From sequence record MZ443780.1: a stretch of DNA of 64,000 nucleotides; one strand, 5' to 3'. Positions 61,560-64,000 of this stretch are shown one piece after another. The translations under genes were made by a program, and so were the position numbers. Position 1 is the first letter of the stretch. The number at the start of each line of letters is the position of its first letter. The notes under the pieces were generated by a model. The model made no database searches and had not been told where the DNA came from. It saw nothing but the letters and a program-made list of their open reading frames with translations.

Positions 61560-62358
61560 TTGCCGTGGCCTGACACGAGATGCTTTACTCCCGACTGCCG
61601 AAAAGCCGTGTGCTACACAAGGTCAGTTAGCAGATTCTAAGATCTGCAAACACTATCGTTCTGACAGCCAATCACTGACTGAACTGATGACCGAGCATGG
61701 CGATACGCTCGTTGCTCTTTTCAACACGTTCCGTAAACTGAGTGACAAAGACCTGCGCGTTGTCGCTGGTATGTTGTTGTCAGAATCTAAAACACGCCGT
61801 CACGGTGTGAAGATGGGACAAGCTGTTTTCGTTCGTTATCAAGGTCGTGAGACTCGCAACTACCTGAATAACTTCATGGCTGCGCGTGTTCTCGATGTAG
61901 ACGCAGATTCGATTCGCCTTATTTCCGAGAAAGGTGATATCGTTCTGACGTATGCAAACACCGGCTTCAATGGTCCTTCCGTATATACCAAAAAGCAGTT
62001 TGCTAAGTTACGCGCTGACATGATCAAAGCAGGTAAGCTGGTTGATCCTGAGCGTGAGATCAAAACTACCAAACGTCTTCTGCCGCAAGAAGACAACGTT
62101 AACTTCTCTGCACCAAGCGAACTCGATGGCTTCTCTCTTCCTCGTATGGAAGAAGTTACCAAGGGTCGTGGTGGCAAGCGTAAAGGTCGTAAGACTCAGA
62201 CGCTGGTCGATATCGTGTCAATGATTGAGAACGGTCATGACATGGGTGCTGAACAAGACGAGTCAGGTGTGATGAGTCTTGGTGGCAATAGCTACAAAGC
62301 CAAGAAGAAGAAAATCAGCGTTGGTAAAAACGGTGTTGTCGAACTCGGCGACCTGTAA
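61492..62358 (+). CDS. Hypothetical protein with an N-terminal Cys cluster and a basic C-terminus
   Basis: CGDC..PC..ICKHY; AAGGGGT SD. Confidence 0.8.
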   Translation: MANQKVRTLDIKTLVKSELSCGDCRGLTRDALLPTAEKPCATQGQLADSKICKHYRSDSQSLTELMTEHGDTLVALFNTFRKLSDKDLRVVAGMLLSESKTRRHGVKMGQAVFVRYQGRETRNYLNNFMAARVLDVDADSIRLISEKGDIVLTYANTGFNGPSVYTKKQFAKLRADMIKAGKLVDPEREIKTTKRLLPQEDNVNFSAPSELDGFSLPRMEEVTKGRGGKRKGRKTQTLVDIVSMIENGHDMGAEQDESGVMSLGGNSYKAKKKKISVGKNGVVELGDL

Positions 62359-62412
62359 TTAAGATCTAATACTCACAGCAACCTCAAATATACGAATAGG
62401 ATCTCGGAAAAA

Positions 62413-63552
62413 ATGATCACAGAAGAATTAGGTCTTAATGCTTATCTGGCACAGCGTCTGGGTATTGAGGAAACCTCAGAGGCGTTCCAACGAGTATACG
62501 CTGCAACGATTCGTTACATTGGCAGCGGGTATAAATCTATCGCGGGTTATCACCGCGACTTGCAAGCAGCCGTGGATTTTAAGCAGTACGAATTTACTGC
62601 CCCGGACTTGCGTATCGAACTTTCTTCCATCTGTCGTTTCACGTTGAAGATGCGTTTCTTTGTGCTGGCCGTGTGTCTGCATAAAGACCCTAAAGCAACA
62701 ATCCAGAAGTATGCTCAGTATGGGCTGTCGCGCCGTGAAGCAGTGTTAGCATGGAACCTGATTTTGAAGCACAACGATCAGCGTACTCAAATTCGTCGTT
62801 GTGCTAAAGCGCGTTCAAAAACCAAGGGTGGTCTTGATATCACTATGGTGAGCAGTAACGAACTGCAAATGCGCTTAGAACAAACAGCCAGCCTGTTTGG
62901 TGAGATTCATCGTAACGCCAAGCGTCTGGTCAGAAAGAACCTGCAGTGGGTGTCAGTCAGTCATAACATTCCGATTGCTGACTTGACGTGTGACATTATG
63001 TGCAAGGTGCTGCTGTCGTACTATCAGTCCTTGCCTAATCGTTTCAGCGAGGGCCACCAGCTCAACTATCTTCGTGCATCACTGACGAACCGCATTAACA
63101 ACATGAACAACTACTACGGCGCTGAGAAGCGCAAGCGTATGAAGAAAGTGGGCGAAGACAAATACGAGATCATTGTTATGTCTGACAATCAGATGTGGCA
63201 TAATCCAGAAGATGATTCATCCAATTCATACGAAGACATGTTGGGTGTGGATGCTCGCGTACATACCGAGCAGATGGAAAACAACTTGACGATCAATCGT
63301 CTGTTGGAAGATTCAGAAGGAACGAAACGCCACAAACTGTATCAAACGGTACTCGGCCGTGATTGTGCTGAGTTCACCGAATATCTGCGTGAGAACGGAA
63401 TGTTGAAACAGACCATGACGTGTGCTACCCAGTGGATAATGGCGAAGCCCGCGAAGTTCATACGCAAGACTCTAGCCAAGTGGCTTGAGGTTAGCGTTGA
63501 TGCCGTGTCTGGCGGTCTGGACACATTACGTGGTTCATTACAGGTCGCATGA
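62413..63552 (+). CDS. Probable divergent RNA polymerase sigma factor
   Basis: Region-2-like RLVRKNL..ADLTCDIMCKVLLSY..LNYLRASLTNRINN; region-4-like TLAKWLEVSVDAVSGGLDTLRGSL. Confidence 0.5.
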   Translation: MITEELGLNAYLAQRLGIEETSEAFQRVYAATIRYIGSGYKSIAGYHRDLQAAVDFKQYEFTAPDLRIELSSICRFTLKMRFFVLAVCLHKDPKATIQKYAQYGLSRREAVLAWNLILKHNDQRTQIRRCAKARSKTKGGLDITMVSSNELQMRLEQTASLFGEIHRNAKRLVRKNLQWVSVSHNIPIADLTCDIMCKVLLSYYQSLPNRFSEGHQLNYLRASLTNRINNMNNYYGAEKRKRMKKVGEDKYEIIVMSDNQMWHNPEDDSSNSYEDMLGVDARVHTEQMENNLTINRLLEDSEGTKRHKLYQTVLGRDCAEFTEYLRENGMLKQTMTCATQWIMAKPAKFIRKTLAKWLEVSVDAVSGGLDTLRGSLQVA

Positions 63553-63569
63553 GAGGTCACCGTATAAAT

Positions 63570-63938
63570 ATGCAAGCTATCCTTAACACTGATGTGGAGC
63601 GTTCTGCATTAGCGCTGTTCAGCCGTCCTCAACTGGAAGAGGACTATAAGCGTACCGTGATGTACCTCGTGTATAAGACTGTAAATCGTAATGGCATGAT
63701 GCAAGTCAAGCGTCTGATGTTTGAACTGAGTCAGACGTATGGCCTGAACAAAGAAGATGTTATGTCTGCTATCAGTGCTCTCAAAGCGCCAGCGACATTC
63801 AACGCGCTCTCTGTGTTCGTGCCTCGTGCAGATATGAAGGCTAATCGTGTTTGTCGCGTCAATTCGAATACTGCGATTGAAAGTTGGATTGCAGAAGTAG
63901 AAGCGACTCGACCGCACATCACTCGCTTGTTGCAGTAG
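63570..63938 (+). CDS. Hypothetical protein, possible winged helix
   Basis: GAGAGGT SD region; helix-helix-helix-beta pattern. Confidence 0.65.
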   Translation: MQAILNTDVERSALALFSRPQLEEDYKRTVMYLVYKTVNRNGMMQVKRLMFELSQTYGLNKEDVMSAISALKAPATFNALSVFVPRADMKANRVCRVNSNTAIESWIAEVEATRPHITRLLQ

Positions 63939-63946
63939 GGGCATAG

Positions 63947-64000
63947 ATGGAAATGTTTTCGCTTGGCCTTGAAGTCAGGGCCATTCGAACTGTTACGAAC
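63947..64000 (+). CDS. 5' end of a CDS truncated by the window edge
   Basis: AGGGG SD; open to the end of the window (MEMFSLGLEVRAIRTVTN). Confidence 0.5.
   Translation, partial: MEMFSLGLEVRAIRTVTN

Noticed and set aside
63563-63570. T4-type late promoter TATAAATA
   Set aside because: A single copy ending on the A of the start codon, so transcription would begin inside the gene
1-64000. Phage-nucleus (chimallin/PhuZ), multisubunit phage RNAP, integrase or transposase genes
   Set aside because: No motifs recognised in this window; they may lie elsewhere in the genome

Overview
All 64 kb looks like part of a lytic jumbo dsDNA phage genome, probably infecting Enterobacterales/Gammaproteobacteria. 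The host is an inference from a YbiI-like DksA/TraR gene and sigma70-type promoters. About 95 credible CDSs all lie on the + strand; the long minus-strand ORFs are codon-bias shadows. Recognisable genes: RecA/UvsX-like recombinase with a 344-aa intein, KptA/Tpt1 RNA 2'-phosphotransferase, radical SAM enzyme, DksA/TraR zinc finger, UvdE UV endonuclease, dUTPase, lytic transglycosylase, HD hydrolase, both subunits of a type IIA topoisomerase, an HNH protein and a probable divergent sigma factor. I found no tRNA, CRISPR array, or capsid/tail gene. Main leads: (1) a full-length AcrVA2/FinQ-like protein; (2) a 41.7-55.3 kb cluster of charge-segregated, low-complexity proteins (poly-D/E tracts, a histone-H1-like protein, a ~40-aa helix-linker-helix module repeated in at least 8 proteins), together with Lys-rich N-terminal tails on RecA and both topoisomerase subunits, suggesting a chromatin- or condensate-like organiser of the phage DNA; (3) a 12-copy early-promoter cassette (UP-like box, spacer hairpin, extended -10, 5' stem-loop) and a second motif, TCTGTAAA; (4) three structured ncRNA/leader candidates. 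All family calls come from motif recognition and memory. No database search was run.
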